DNA of 64,000 bases, taken from NCBI GenBank assembly GCA_024231025.1, contig JAAEQW010000139.1:7851-71850 (forward strand). The letters are read 5' to 3'. Shown here one piece after another: positions 15,001 to 27,000 of this stretch (positions are counted from its first letter, which is position 1; each line of letters starts with the position of its first letter). This stretch comes from Candidatus Omnitrophota bacterium. Lineage in GTDB: Bacteria; Omnitrophota; Gorgyraeia; Duberdicusellales; 4484-171. Below the pieces are notes generated by a model, which made no database searches, was not told where the DNA came from, and was given only the letters and a program-made list of their open reading frames with translations. The position numbers and the translations under genes were made by a program.

Positions 15001-18000
15001 CGAATCAATGTCTCGAATCATACCTGGTCTGGCACCAATAACCTGATAATGGCGATTTCTTTGCTGTTGGTTTTCTGCTTGCCTCACCCATTCCTGAATT
15101 GCAAATGGTATTAAAAGAATAAATGGCAGCGGAAACAACAAAACAACACCCAAAATATAAATAATAAAATGCAGCCCTAAATCAATGAGTCTTTTTAACG
15201 AAGCGTATGGTTTTGTTTCTTTCCAGTTTTGAGGAATTACCTTTAATGGAAAGGCAACTAATAAATATAATGGGTGACCCACTAAATGCAACAATTCATG
15301 AGGATACCTCAAAGTAAAAAACCACTTGTCTCTTTGGTTTTGCAGAGCTAGGCGATTAATCGTGACTCTTCTGCCGTCAAAATGACAGAATATCTGCTCT
15401 GATCCGCTTTTCTCAAAAGCCGTTCCCTCCCATTTCCCCAAGAGATACGATTCGCCCAATAAAATAAGGCCTATCGCAGCAAAAACCCCTATCACAGCAA
15501 AAACCCCCATCGCAGACTTAACAAACAATGCAAACCCAAGAGCAATTATAAGGCAGGTTGTTGCTGCCTGTCTTGCCCCCAAAGAAGAAATATTCTTTGA
15601 TTGGTCTTCGATTTTAGCGCCAATCCAAAAAGCAGAATCTCCTAATTGAAAAAGGGTCAACTCGCTATAACCGACAACATAACAAAAATAATTACCGGGA
15701 AGCTCACAATATATCTCTTGAAGTAAACCTGACGGTAATATGCGCCTGACCAATACATTGCTGATCGCTCGCACTCTCTCTTTGTCAAATTCAAAAACTT
15801 TAGTATCTTTATTTGGATCTAACCCCCAAACTAACTCCCCAACCAAATGGGCATATCCGCGATCAAATAGCTCTTCAATCAAAGAGTTCTGAGTAATTAA
15901 TTCAGTAACCGCAATAAACCGATCTATTTCCTCAGCACTAAGATTGCTCCTCATTAATCCAGACATTGAGCGTAGATCGCTCAACCTGTAAATTAAATTA
16001 ACTAACTTATCATTTACATTTTTTTTTGCCTCTTTAAAGAAAGGATAACCAAAACACTGGCCTAAAAGTTTGATGACCCCATCAATTGACTGCTTAAGTT
16101 TGTCGACTGATCCAATTGAAATTTCTATATTTTCCATGCGAGAACGTATCTTGCGACTATCTGGATAACGATCATCGACTACTTCAGACTCACTAGGTGG
16201 AATTGGATTCCCCAAAACCCGTAAATCAAAACCATCTCTAAAGCCTGAACGAGAACCAACCATTACGTTGTAATCCTCCTCATTGCTAATAATAACTACA
16301 AACCGTATCGCACCTGGATATTCGTGCCTTTCTGATACACTTACTAACAAGTCCAAAAACTCATTGCGGCCAAATTCCGATAATCCTGCCTCAACCACCA
16401 AAGGAATAATTATTTCCAGCTGGGTTACATCTTCGCCTTTATACCCCTCGCCTTCTACCTTAATCAAACCTTCTTCATCGATGGACACTGGTTGCTCCTT
16501 CTTGTTTTCTTCTTTTTGAAATGCTCGTTTATGCGAAAGTATGCTCCTAAGTAACCGTCTTTTATCGATACCGGTTAAATCAAGCGCAAGCGGTGAAGAA
16601 AATAAACACGCTCTTGATGACTGATCAACTAATGCCGCCGCAAAATCAAAAGGAGATTCAGTCAACACCAAGATACTTCTTGGTGACTCCACCTTACCCC
16701 ACACCGAAGCCATCCCCCCATCACCCCACTTATGTAGCTTTGCAATAACTACCAAGACATCTTCGTAAAGCGAATCTGCGCCGCCAACACGAATTTTCTT
16801 TTTTATCTCTGACAAACGCACCCAAGGTATTCCCGGATGGACTGAAAAGTATTCTGCGTGAAAATACCCTGATTCGTCAGTTGGTCGAACATAGACATTA
16901 TCTAAAGAAGATCCAAAATCCCTCCACAAAATATCTTTCAGGCAAGGATCGTAATCCACATAAACCCTACTCGAACCATCATTGGCGCATCTTAGCTCAA
17001 CTGTTGAATCAATTCCTAATCGTGGATCAGTAAAGTACTTTATAAAAGTGAATGCCGCCAAGCCACTAGCATCGCTAAAAGATTGGAAAAGACAACAGTT
17101 GTTGTTAAGGATAACGATCCACCCGGTAAGAATAAGTCTAGAAGCAACCTCGTCAGCTGATAAGACTTGCTCGTTGACTGCCCCTGCCTGCGCTAGCTCT
17201 TTCTCTAATAACTGCTCATAATCACGATCAAGCTCAAACTCAAAAGTGTCAATTGCAGTAAGAAAAATTACCAAAAGAAATGGATTTACTCGAAAATACT
17301 TGATACTATGCGCCAAAGCTTGCGAATGAGTAAAGCCATTAATAAATTCACACCATAAATCATGCAAAACAATATCATCAACAACAACACTAAAAAGGGG
17401 AGATTGATCATCACCCTCATCAAACACAGGCGCACGAGAGGCCGGAGTAGTTGATATTAGAAGTCTGCGGCTTAAACCTTCTCCAGCAATCTCAGCTAAT
17501 TTTCCACTGGGAGTTTTAAAAACAAACTTAACCTCTCCACTATCAACCAACCACTGAAACGAACCTCCTGATAAAATCTTACTAAAAGCAGCGCTGAAAT
17601 ATCTTTTGTAATTTTCTATTTCGCGATCAGTTGGCTCCTCAACCACCTCTCTTTTATCCTTGCCGGAGTAAGTTTTAGGCTTACAATTTACCGCTACAAT
17701 ACCTACCTTTTTTGCTTCCTGGATTACCGGCCAATCATGGAGCAGTCTTGCTATTTCTGCCTGGCGCGCAGCCATCGTATCTTCTAAAAGCTGATTTGTT
17801 TGCTTTTGTTCGCCTTCAAGCTGACGTATCTTCTCAGCAAGTTCTGATACCATAAACTCACTTACTCTGATTTTTCGATCTAACTCCCGCAATGGCAAAG
17901 ATGATTGTTCTGTCAATATTTTTTTGTGTTTAGTTAACAACTGATCATGATGGGTCTTTAAGCTCGTGAGTTTTAGACGCATTCGCCCTATTAACACCCT

Positions 18001-21000
18001 TTGCTTATGTTGTTTTGTTTTAATTCGGGTAATGGTTGGATTAAATTTCTTCTGTATGAATTTTTCGGCTTCCCTTAACGCTCTTCTTTCTTGTGCCAAC
18101 TTAAATGATTTCTTTTCTTCGGCTTTCCTTAACGCCTTTCTTTCTTGTGCCAACTTAAATGATCTCTTTTTTTCGGTTTCCCTTAACACTCTTCTTTCTT
18201 GCGCCAACTTAACCTCAATAACTCTTTTCTCCTCACTTAAACGATCAAACTCAACTTTTAGCGGCGCAACAAAACCTAATTCATCCCTTAAAGACGCCTG
18301 CATTTCTTTTAAGCTGGCAATTTCCATCAGACGAAATTCATGATCCACTTGATAAGATTCTAAATCTTCTATCGCCCTAAGCCATCCATCTTTGTAAGAG
18401 GCGCTATTTCTTACGTTTCTTTGAGTGAGCCTTAATTCTTCTTTTTTCTTGTTAAAGCCAATTTCATCAAAGCCAAAGGCCTGAGCCAACCTTAAAGAAG
18501 AGACAATCTCCTCTAGTTTTCTGTTGTAATCAAGAATCTCCTCTTCTTTACTTTCCAGTTTCTGATCAATCGCTTTGAGGCGCGAAATACGTTTTACTTT
18601 AGCTTGGATCAATTTTTCACCCTCTTGTTCTCCAGACAATAGCGACTCTTCCGGCTTCAGATTAGCCTCCTCCTTTAAGGCCTGATTTAGAGGTTCTTGC
18701 CGTGTCCGTATCGCAAGCGAACACTCACTAATTGCAAAGCGTAAATTTTCTAATTTCTTCTCTGTCTTCGCTAATAAAATTTCGCGGGTAAGCGCCTGTT
18801 GTTTGCTAAAATGTTTTTCTCGTTTGAATTTATCTAAAATCTGTTCAGCTAAAAACAACTTCTCATTAATCGAAGAAATAAGTTTTTTCTTATCACTGAT
18901 ATCTAAAGAAAGTTTAATAATTCTTTCCTGGATAGATTGCAAAGCGCGATCAATCTGTTCTTTCGCCTGTTTGACTGCAACAATCTTTTCTTCAATTGCA
19001 TTTAATACCTCTTTCGTCTGGACAATCAACATTTCCTGCTCTTGTAAACGTTGATAAATTGTACTGTCAAGCTTTTTGGAATGCATCTGAAAACCTAAAC
19101 TATTGTGAGCAGCAACGAACTGTGCTTTTTTATGCGCGCAATACGCGTTAGCTTTTTTCGCTCTTTCTGTTATCAAGGATATTTCTTGCTCAAGAAAAGA
19201 GTTTCTTATTCGAAAATTTCTAAACGGCTGCTCCAGCGCTACAAACTTGTCAACAGCAACTTCTACTGGTTTATCCTTAACTCGCATATACAGCTGTCTA
19301 ACATTTCGAGCTGTTTTTTGTATTTCTTCTTCAAGTAAAAGCAAACGATTCATCGCCGCTTGTTCTCGAAGGGCAAAAATCCTACTATAATGTTCGCGTC
19401 TTAAAGAAGCCCATTTTTGCTCTAAGGTGGAAATAGATTTTTTAATTTCGGATACTTTTCGAAGTTGGAGCTCCTCTTCGATAATCGCAGCCACCTCGAT
19501 AGTGACAAGATACCATTGCCTAATCGACTCGATATCCGGCTTACTGCAAATTTCCCCTCTCCATATGGCATTTTCGGACGCTAATTCATATCTTTCTTGC
19601 CTTAGAAGGCGTCTCCATCGCATAAACTCTGGACGATAGCGATAACTTTCAACAATAAAACTAAAATGATCAAGATCCCTTTTTCTCTTTTCTAATCCTT
19701 GTAAAACTTTTCCATTTGTTTGGTCCTTTAAGCTTCGTTTTCTTGCTTCTACCAAAGTTAAATTTCGTTCTTTAATACTCCTAAAAGCTAAATTATCTCT
19801 TTCTTGCGTCAATTGTCGCTCACACGCAATTAATGGTTCTTTAAAATCTTTAAACGCAGCAATACTTTCTTTCAATCTTAATCGTTTATCCTCTAAAATT
19901 CGCAACCGCTCTTGCGCCTGCACTAGAAGTTCACTATCCGCTCGCAATTCTTGCTCTAATCGCCAAGCACGCAAAGCTTTGTATTTATTTTCTAAATTTT
20001 CTCTGATTGCCGCTGCCCTGATTTTGGCTTTTTGCCAAGACAACTCCTTTTCTTCACATGCCATATAAGTCATAGAACAAGCGTCTAGACGAGCTTTACC
20101 AATCATTAACGCTCTCTTATTCTTTTTGCGATCGGCTAACGCAGCTTGGTGATTTTTTTGATCTTTTTGCAATCGAATAAGATCTTGCTCGATTTGAAGT
20201 TGTGATTCTAGCTGCCTGTCTTGTTCTTTTTTCAACTGAGCGCGTAACTGCTCGAGTTCAGAGAGAAGTTCCCCCTCGCTTATTTTTTTATTACTAAGAG
20301 TAATAACTTCTGATTTTTCTGTACTGATGGTACCATTTAACATTTTCAAGAAGTCATCAACTTCCTGATGCAATCGCCTTGATTCATCAACCTCGTGTTG
20401 AATCTGAGGCATATCATTCGCAAAGGAAGCTAACCTTTTTCTTTCTGCCTCAAGGCGTTCGGTAAGCTGCCTAACCCTGTTGGAAATTTCTCTTTGCTTA
20501 TACTCTCGCTGCCTGCAAACAGATTCAAACTGTTTTTGTTTTTCATTTTCTATTTTAGAAACTTGCTGATCTACTTCTAACCGCTGGCGAGCTATTTGCA
20601 GGTCTTGATACTGTTCGCGAAGGATTAATTCTTTTCGACTTGCGTGTCCAAGTACGTCAATAATAGTTTCTAGATCATTTTGTTTTTTTACCCGATTTTC
20701 TTTAAGGGAATTAACCTCCGAAACAAGAGCAGGCAAAACTGCTTCTTGTTCCTCCAACGCCTGAATCTGTTTATTAATTTTTTCTAATCGACGCCCTGTT
20801 TCTGCTAACTTCTCTTCACTCGATAACAGTGATTGCCTTTTAATTTCAACGTCTAGCCTTTCAATTTCCTTTGTAACTATATCCAACCTTTGAGCGGAAG
20901 GAGCCAAGTGCGCTAAACGTTCTGTTAACCCATTCTTGCGCGCAATAAGAGAGTCCACTCTACTGTACGATTGACTAACCTCAGCCATCCTCTCTGCTAT

Positions 21001-24000
21001 ACCATGCGGATCATTGGCATCAGCTAGGTAGTATTCATAGTGTTCATGAGTAAGAGTTTGTTGATCAAAGTTTAAATTTTCTGGGGTGATGGTTTCTAAA
21101 TTATTAAGGGGATTTGTTGTTGTGATATAAAGGATGGGGCCGGTATCAGAATCATCAATTATTGAGCCAAAGTCATCAACAGCGTTTTCTACCTGCATTG
21201 CCTTGGCTGCAGTAATTTGTAGTGGCGGACCTCTGCCGTTATAGCCTGCACTAGCAAGTGTTCTCTTTATTTGCGCGCCTTCTGCGACCAGGCGCTCATC
21301 TACCCAAGGGATACTTATCTCGACTACCCTGCCTAATTGGCTAGCGCTTCTTATGATCTTCTGAATCTCTTCCTTTGTGTGCCTTCCGTTTGAACCGCGA
21401 GGGCCGGTTGATTGCGGAAAAGTTTTCAATCCAAATGTATGTTTTTTTTCTTGATCAAAAGGACTAGCGGTTATCGAAGAAATTAGAAAAGGGGTTGTGG
21501 CGACAGGGAGCCTACAGCCACGGAAAGAGGCTACCACCGCCATCCACAACCTTTTATTTATTATACTACTAAATAATCCGGTTGTGTAGAAGATAAGTCG
21601 CCTACCCGCAAAAAAGACTATAAAAGCTGCAACTAAAATAGTGAAAATTTTTATACTAAAAGAAGCAACTGCAATCATTGCCAAAACGCCCAACGGCGCA
21701 AACCCATATTGATTAGCGGATGGGCCGCTCGGTTTTTTACGAATAGCTTTTAGTTTTTTGGTAATCATAAGTCTCGATAAAGGTTTTACACAAGTAGCTT
21801 TAATATTACCAGAAATATCCGAATCTATTCTAACGTTAGGTAATTTGGCAGTAAGCAAGATGTATGCTTGGGGATCAATTTTTAAAATTTCTCGCACTAT
21901 ATAAAATCTCATAAAGGGTGTTACCTTTACTGCAACGAAAATTGCATCAAAATTGCCGCCTTTAAATACTTCAATTGCACTAGATCTGTCTGTTGCCTTC
22001 TCCGCACTTTCAAGTGCACAAACAACTTCAATTGAATTATCTATTCTCGCTACTAATCTTTTGAATCTATCTAAAAAATTTCGGTTTTCATCGATAACTA
22101 GTATCCTTACTGAAACATCAGATGGCGGCAAACTTTCATTAAGTGAACCGCTTAATCCGTTCGTCTCATGAAGATAACCCCCGAATCTCTTCCATGCAAG
22201 AACGACTAACGCAAGAACAATACCAACTCCAGATGCAATCAGTATCCCAAGATCCCCATTTGCAATAAGAGGTATCAAAGGAGAAGCAGTCGCAATCGTT
22301 GCAAAAACACCTAACGGCGCAAATCCATGTTGCTTAGTAACTTGTTTTTCTGATGATTTTTCAGTAATTGTTTTAATTTCTCTCTCAAGCGCTCTCTCTT
22401 TGCTTTTTAAAATCTTTTTAGCCTCACGGATTTTATTCCCATATTCTAATATTTCACCTCTTAAATTAATCTTTGCTTGCTTTTCGATTTCACCTGTAGA
22501 ATTGCTTAACCGTTTTGCTGCTTTTTTACGAGATGCCTCTATACCCTCGATATCGCTTTTCAACGCAGTAATTTCGCGGTTTAAATTTGAAATGCTCTCA
22601 TTATCTTTAGTTACTGCGGCCAACTGACCTCTCAGTTCTTCTAGATGAGAATTTGAATCAATATCTTCTAATGCATACCCCGCGATTTTCAATTGCTTAG
22701 AGGTATTTTGCTCGCGGTCAAACGAACTCTGGTAATCACTAAAGGCTCTTTGAGCCTGGGTGGCAGCTGAGTATTGATTAATAAACTTAAGAGTATCGCT
22801 TCCTAATTTTCCTTCTTGTAGATGTTGCAAATATTGACGCGCGCTTTTCAGTTCAGCTTCTACTTCTTTAATTAACTCAAAAGTCGCAGAAGCTTCACTA
22901 TTGAGAATATCAATACGGCTATCAACTTGCGTAATCTCTCTATTTAAGCGTTCGACCTCGCGCTCGATGCCTTTTTTCTCTCTTAAAAGTTCTCTACTAC
23001 CGGCATCAATTTTCTCTAATTCTTCATACAGCTTTTTTTCTTCAATTTTTCTTAACTCTTCGCTTTTACTTGCGATCTCATTGCAAAGACTATTTACTCT
23101 ATTTGCTATTGTGCTTTCACCGAATGAAGAAAAACTATCATTAACAATTACCCGCATTATTGAAAAATCACCTCCAACATCTTTAGTAGTCTCAATTAAT
23201 AAACTGGTCATTTCTCTTTGTAAGCGTATGCGTTCATTTTCAAAATTCAATAATTGCTGGTTAGTTTTCTTCTGCTCTTCTTTAATGGACTCGCTAAGAG
23301 ATCCGATACCGTCTAACGTCAACATATTGCCCATAGGATCTTTTAATTTCCCCTTGATGCTTGCCACTCGGTCAATGAGCGGTTGCAACTTATCAAAAGG
23401 AGCGCTATCGCCGTGTTCCTTTCTAAGTGCTGCTTCTTCGTTTTCAGCCGTTTCGAGATCGGCAATAAGCTGGCGGCATCTAGCCTCCACTTTACTTAGA
23501 TTATTGGCAGTAGTCGAAAGTTTTTCGAGCTCTTCTTGCAACTGGATCTTCCTTTGCTTTAGAGAATCCATTTCCCCAAGTAATTCTTCTACTTTTTCTC
23601 GTTGAAAATTTGGATAAGTCAGGCACAATTCATCCACAACAGATTCATTTTTTAACACTCTAACCTCAGCCGCTAACTCGTGTTCAGATCTTTCATATTG
23701 GTCGAGATTGTACAGAAATTGAGCATTTTGAAAAACTAAACCCATTATCTCTTCGGTAACATCAGGATTTTCGTTAATCAACTTGATAAATTTTTTCCAA
23801 AGCGAAAGTTCACTATTGAGCTGTGCCCTTCTTTGCTCCTGTAATGTGAAAGATACCAGGGCTGCTTTTTCATTGGCGGGCAAATTATTCTGCAATTTTG
23901 GTAATTTTGTGAGTGCATCTTCTAAATCAAAAAGTTCTGTTTTTAATCGTTTTAAGACATTCTGATATTCATTTATTTCGTCAGCAAGTAAAAGCGCTTT

Positions 24001-27000
24001 CCCATCACAGATTTCCTTACGATGCTTAGAAAATTCTAGAATTTTTTCATCGAAACTGTCAATCTTTTGCCGATTTTCTCTGCGCTGGGTCGCCAATCTT
24101 GTTTTGCTCTCTTCCGCATTAGTTAATCGATCTTTCGCATTGCCTAGTGCATTTGTTTCTTGCCTGAAACCTTCTTGAAGTTCACTTACATAACTGCCTA
24201 AAGCATCAACTAAAGCTGCCTGCGCAGAGGATAAATCTTCTTTCACCTGATGAGAATCGCTTAAAGCAATTATCGTTTTCTCTAAATCACTTTTCTGATT
24301 AAGCAACTCACTCATTGCCTGTTTGATGCGCTGGCGTTGTTGATTATGTTGATGCAATGATAATTCAACCATACCATCTAAATTCTGTTTAACCTTTCTT
24401 GCCTGGTCTTCAGTATCTGATCTTTGCCTGCGTAATGTGTCTAATTGGTCGTTAAGCTTCTGTGCATCTTCTTTGGCTTTTTCTTTTTTCGCGTTAAGAT
24501 CATTTATCTGCCCGATTGTTAAAGATAAATCCTCTAATTCACTATCAATTGAAGGTACAGCTTCTAAATAATCGTTAACCTTTGACTGTAATGCTGTGGC
24601 ACGTTCACCATCAACCTTTAACTGCTGATTGTTTTCTTCGATATCACTCTCTGCCCTCTTTAAAGATCCTTTTAATTGTTCCTCTTCCTCATTAATGCGA
24701 TCAATCGTATCATCATGGGAGCGTTTCATTTCGAGCGTATCGGCATTGGCCCTTTCTATTAAGGTCTTATTGCTCTTAATCATCTCATTAAGCTCTTTTC
24801 TTATATTTTCCAATTGCTGGCTCTTGTCATCTAGAACCGCTCTTTGCTTTATAAATTTATTTTCTAACTTCTCTGTCGCATCAATTGCAACTAAAGCATT
24901 GCGGCAAACAGCAAACGCGTCTTCATCCATTGATTGCGCAGATGTATTTTCAAGATTTTCTAATCCCGCTTGCGCAAGCAAAACATCTCGTCTTAAAATT
25001 TCTAATTGCGATAACTTTTCCTCGCTCTCATTAACTATAGGCTCAAAAAGATCTGCCTGAATCTTACGTAAATCAGTAATTTTTTCACTTACATCAAGTA
25101 ACTCTCTCTCATTATCCCTTAATAATTTTTCTGCAGCTGTTAATTCTACTTGCAGTGAAGTTCGCAAAGTGCTAATTTCATTTTGTTCTTTTTGAGCAGA
25201 TACCAAATCGCTTTGCAAATTCAACTGACACGCTTGAGTTAAGGCAGGAAACTCATCTGCAACATTTTGCAGATGCTTTATTCTTTTTTGTCGTAGTTCA
25301 CACTCTAAGGCAGATAATGCAACTTTCTCTTCTTTAGTGCGTGCGGCCGTTAAACTTTTCTGATAATCATCTTCAAGGAGAAAGACCGTAGTGGTTTGCT
25401 CCGGTATTTTTACGCTTATCCCTTTTAACTCTTCGTTTTCAGCTAACAAGCGTTCACTCTGGGAGCCTTGAATCACTCGTGACATATCATCTACGCGCAT
25501 CTCTAAATCAACTAAACTCTCTAGCCTACTTGTGTATTGTTTATTTAATTGGTCTCTTTCTTCTTGCTTTGGGTCTAATTCGTCTTGGGCTTTTTTAAGT
25601 GCCTCTTCCAAAGGAGGCAGGCTTTCTTTTAGCTCTTGGCGAGTGCAAGTGTTTTTGCTTAATCTAGTTGCAATCGTCTCCCAGGCATTCACTAAAAATA
25701 ATACGGGGTCTTCGTCTGAGAGGTCTTTTTGATCATTCTTAATTTCATCGAATAAAAGTGCCCTTTTATCTTCTAATTTTTTCACTTCTTCATTTGAGCC
25801 TTTTATTTTATTTCCAACATCATTTACTTTTTCCTCGGCCTCTAAAAAGCTGTCCTCTATTGGAGATTCTTCTTTTTTGATTTTCTCTAGCGCAGTTTCA
25901 TTTTTTCTAAGTTGATTATTTTCATTGCTGAGCCTTTCCCTTAAAGAAGCTAAATCACTTTCATAACCACCTAAAATGCTTTTTAGCTCAGTTAATTTTT
26001 CTTCTAATTTATTCACTTCTTTTTGAGCTAATTGCTGCCAAGTTGAACAATCAAAATCTGCTGCTTGTGCGTCTTTGGCGCTTACCCCTATTGTTCCTAA
26101 TAGTTGCGATTGTTCCATTTTCAATCCTTCAATTTCCCTTTCTTTTTCCGCTGCTGTTACGACCTTGCGACGTCCGAATGCAGAAAGGCGCGGCGTAGAC
26201 CGCACTGACTGCCTTCTCTCAGCAATAATTAAATTATCATGTTCGTTACGTGCGATAAAAAGAGACTTTTCTATTTCTGATTTTCGAATAAGCAAAGCCT
26301 CTAAGTCCGGTGTTTGGCCTACTTGCCTACAACTATCGCGCAAAATTGCCGCTTCTTTCTCGCTTTGTTCTAACTTTTGCGTTATTTCTTCATATCCTTC
26401 GGTACATCTTTCTAGCTTTCTCTGTGCTAAAACAAACCCTTCCTCCTTTTGCTCAATTACTTCCGTTAATTGGTTGCGTTGTATTTCAAGTTGACGCCAT
26501 CGACTGCTACCCTGATCCTGGCCCATCAAAATTGTTTCTTGAAGGGCAATATTTTCTCGGATCTGATTAATTTTTGTTATTTTTTTACCTCTCTCTCCTT
26601 TTTTCGCATTAAGTGCACCCTTTAAATTCGTCAAATCACTTTCTTTTGGAACAAGTTTTGCCTCATTATCTCTAATTTTTTCATCAAGACTGCCAATATC
26701 TCCTTCGGTAGCCGCGACATCGCCTTCAATACTCTTTAGCTGCTCGTTTAGTTTTTCTACGCCATTATCTTCATCTTTTAAAAACGGTTTCTCAGCAGTC
26801 ATACTTTTTATTTCCAATGATAACCTTTTTCGCTCCTCTAATAGAAATCTATTTCGCGCTTTTGCTGATTCAACTTCCTCGCTATCGGAATCTAAATTAG
26901 CTGCCCGCAATCTATCCTCTTCCAATATATCGCTGGTTCTATTAAATTCCCCTATCGTTCGATTTAACTCCTCGAAATCAGCAATTTTTTCTCGCAATCC

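Noticed and set aside
18061-18231. The tandem repeats here and at 29215-29350 considered as a CRISPR array or a non-coding minisatellite.
   Set aside because: The units are multiples of 3 bp, they are in frame, and they translate to sensible coiled-coil or acidic peptide repeats. There is no repeat-spacer architecture.
22901-23605. The 234-aa + strand ORF, along with the other + strand ORFs in the track such as 24629-25060, 26075-26494, 30971-31426 and 31622-32053, considered as genes.
   Set aside because: Their translations are Ser/Leu/Phe/Asn-rich low complexity, with no recognisable motifs and no RBS. They lie antisense to a frame that encodes canonical GGDEF, PHP, Cmk and Udk motifs. They are the classic shadow ORFs of AT-rich Glu/Lys-rich coding sequence.
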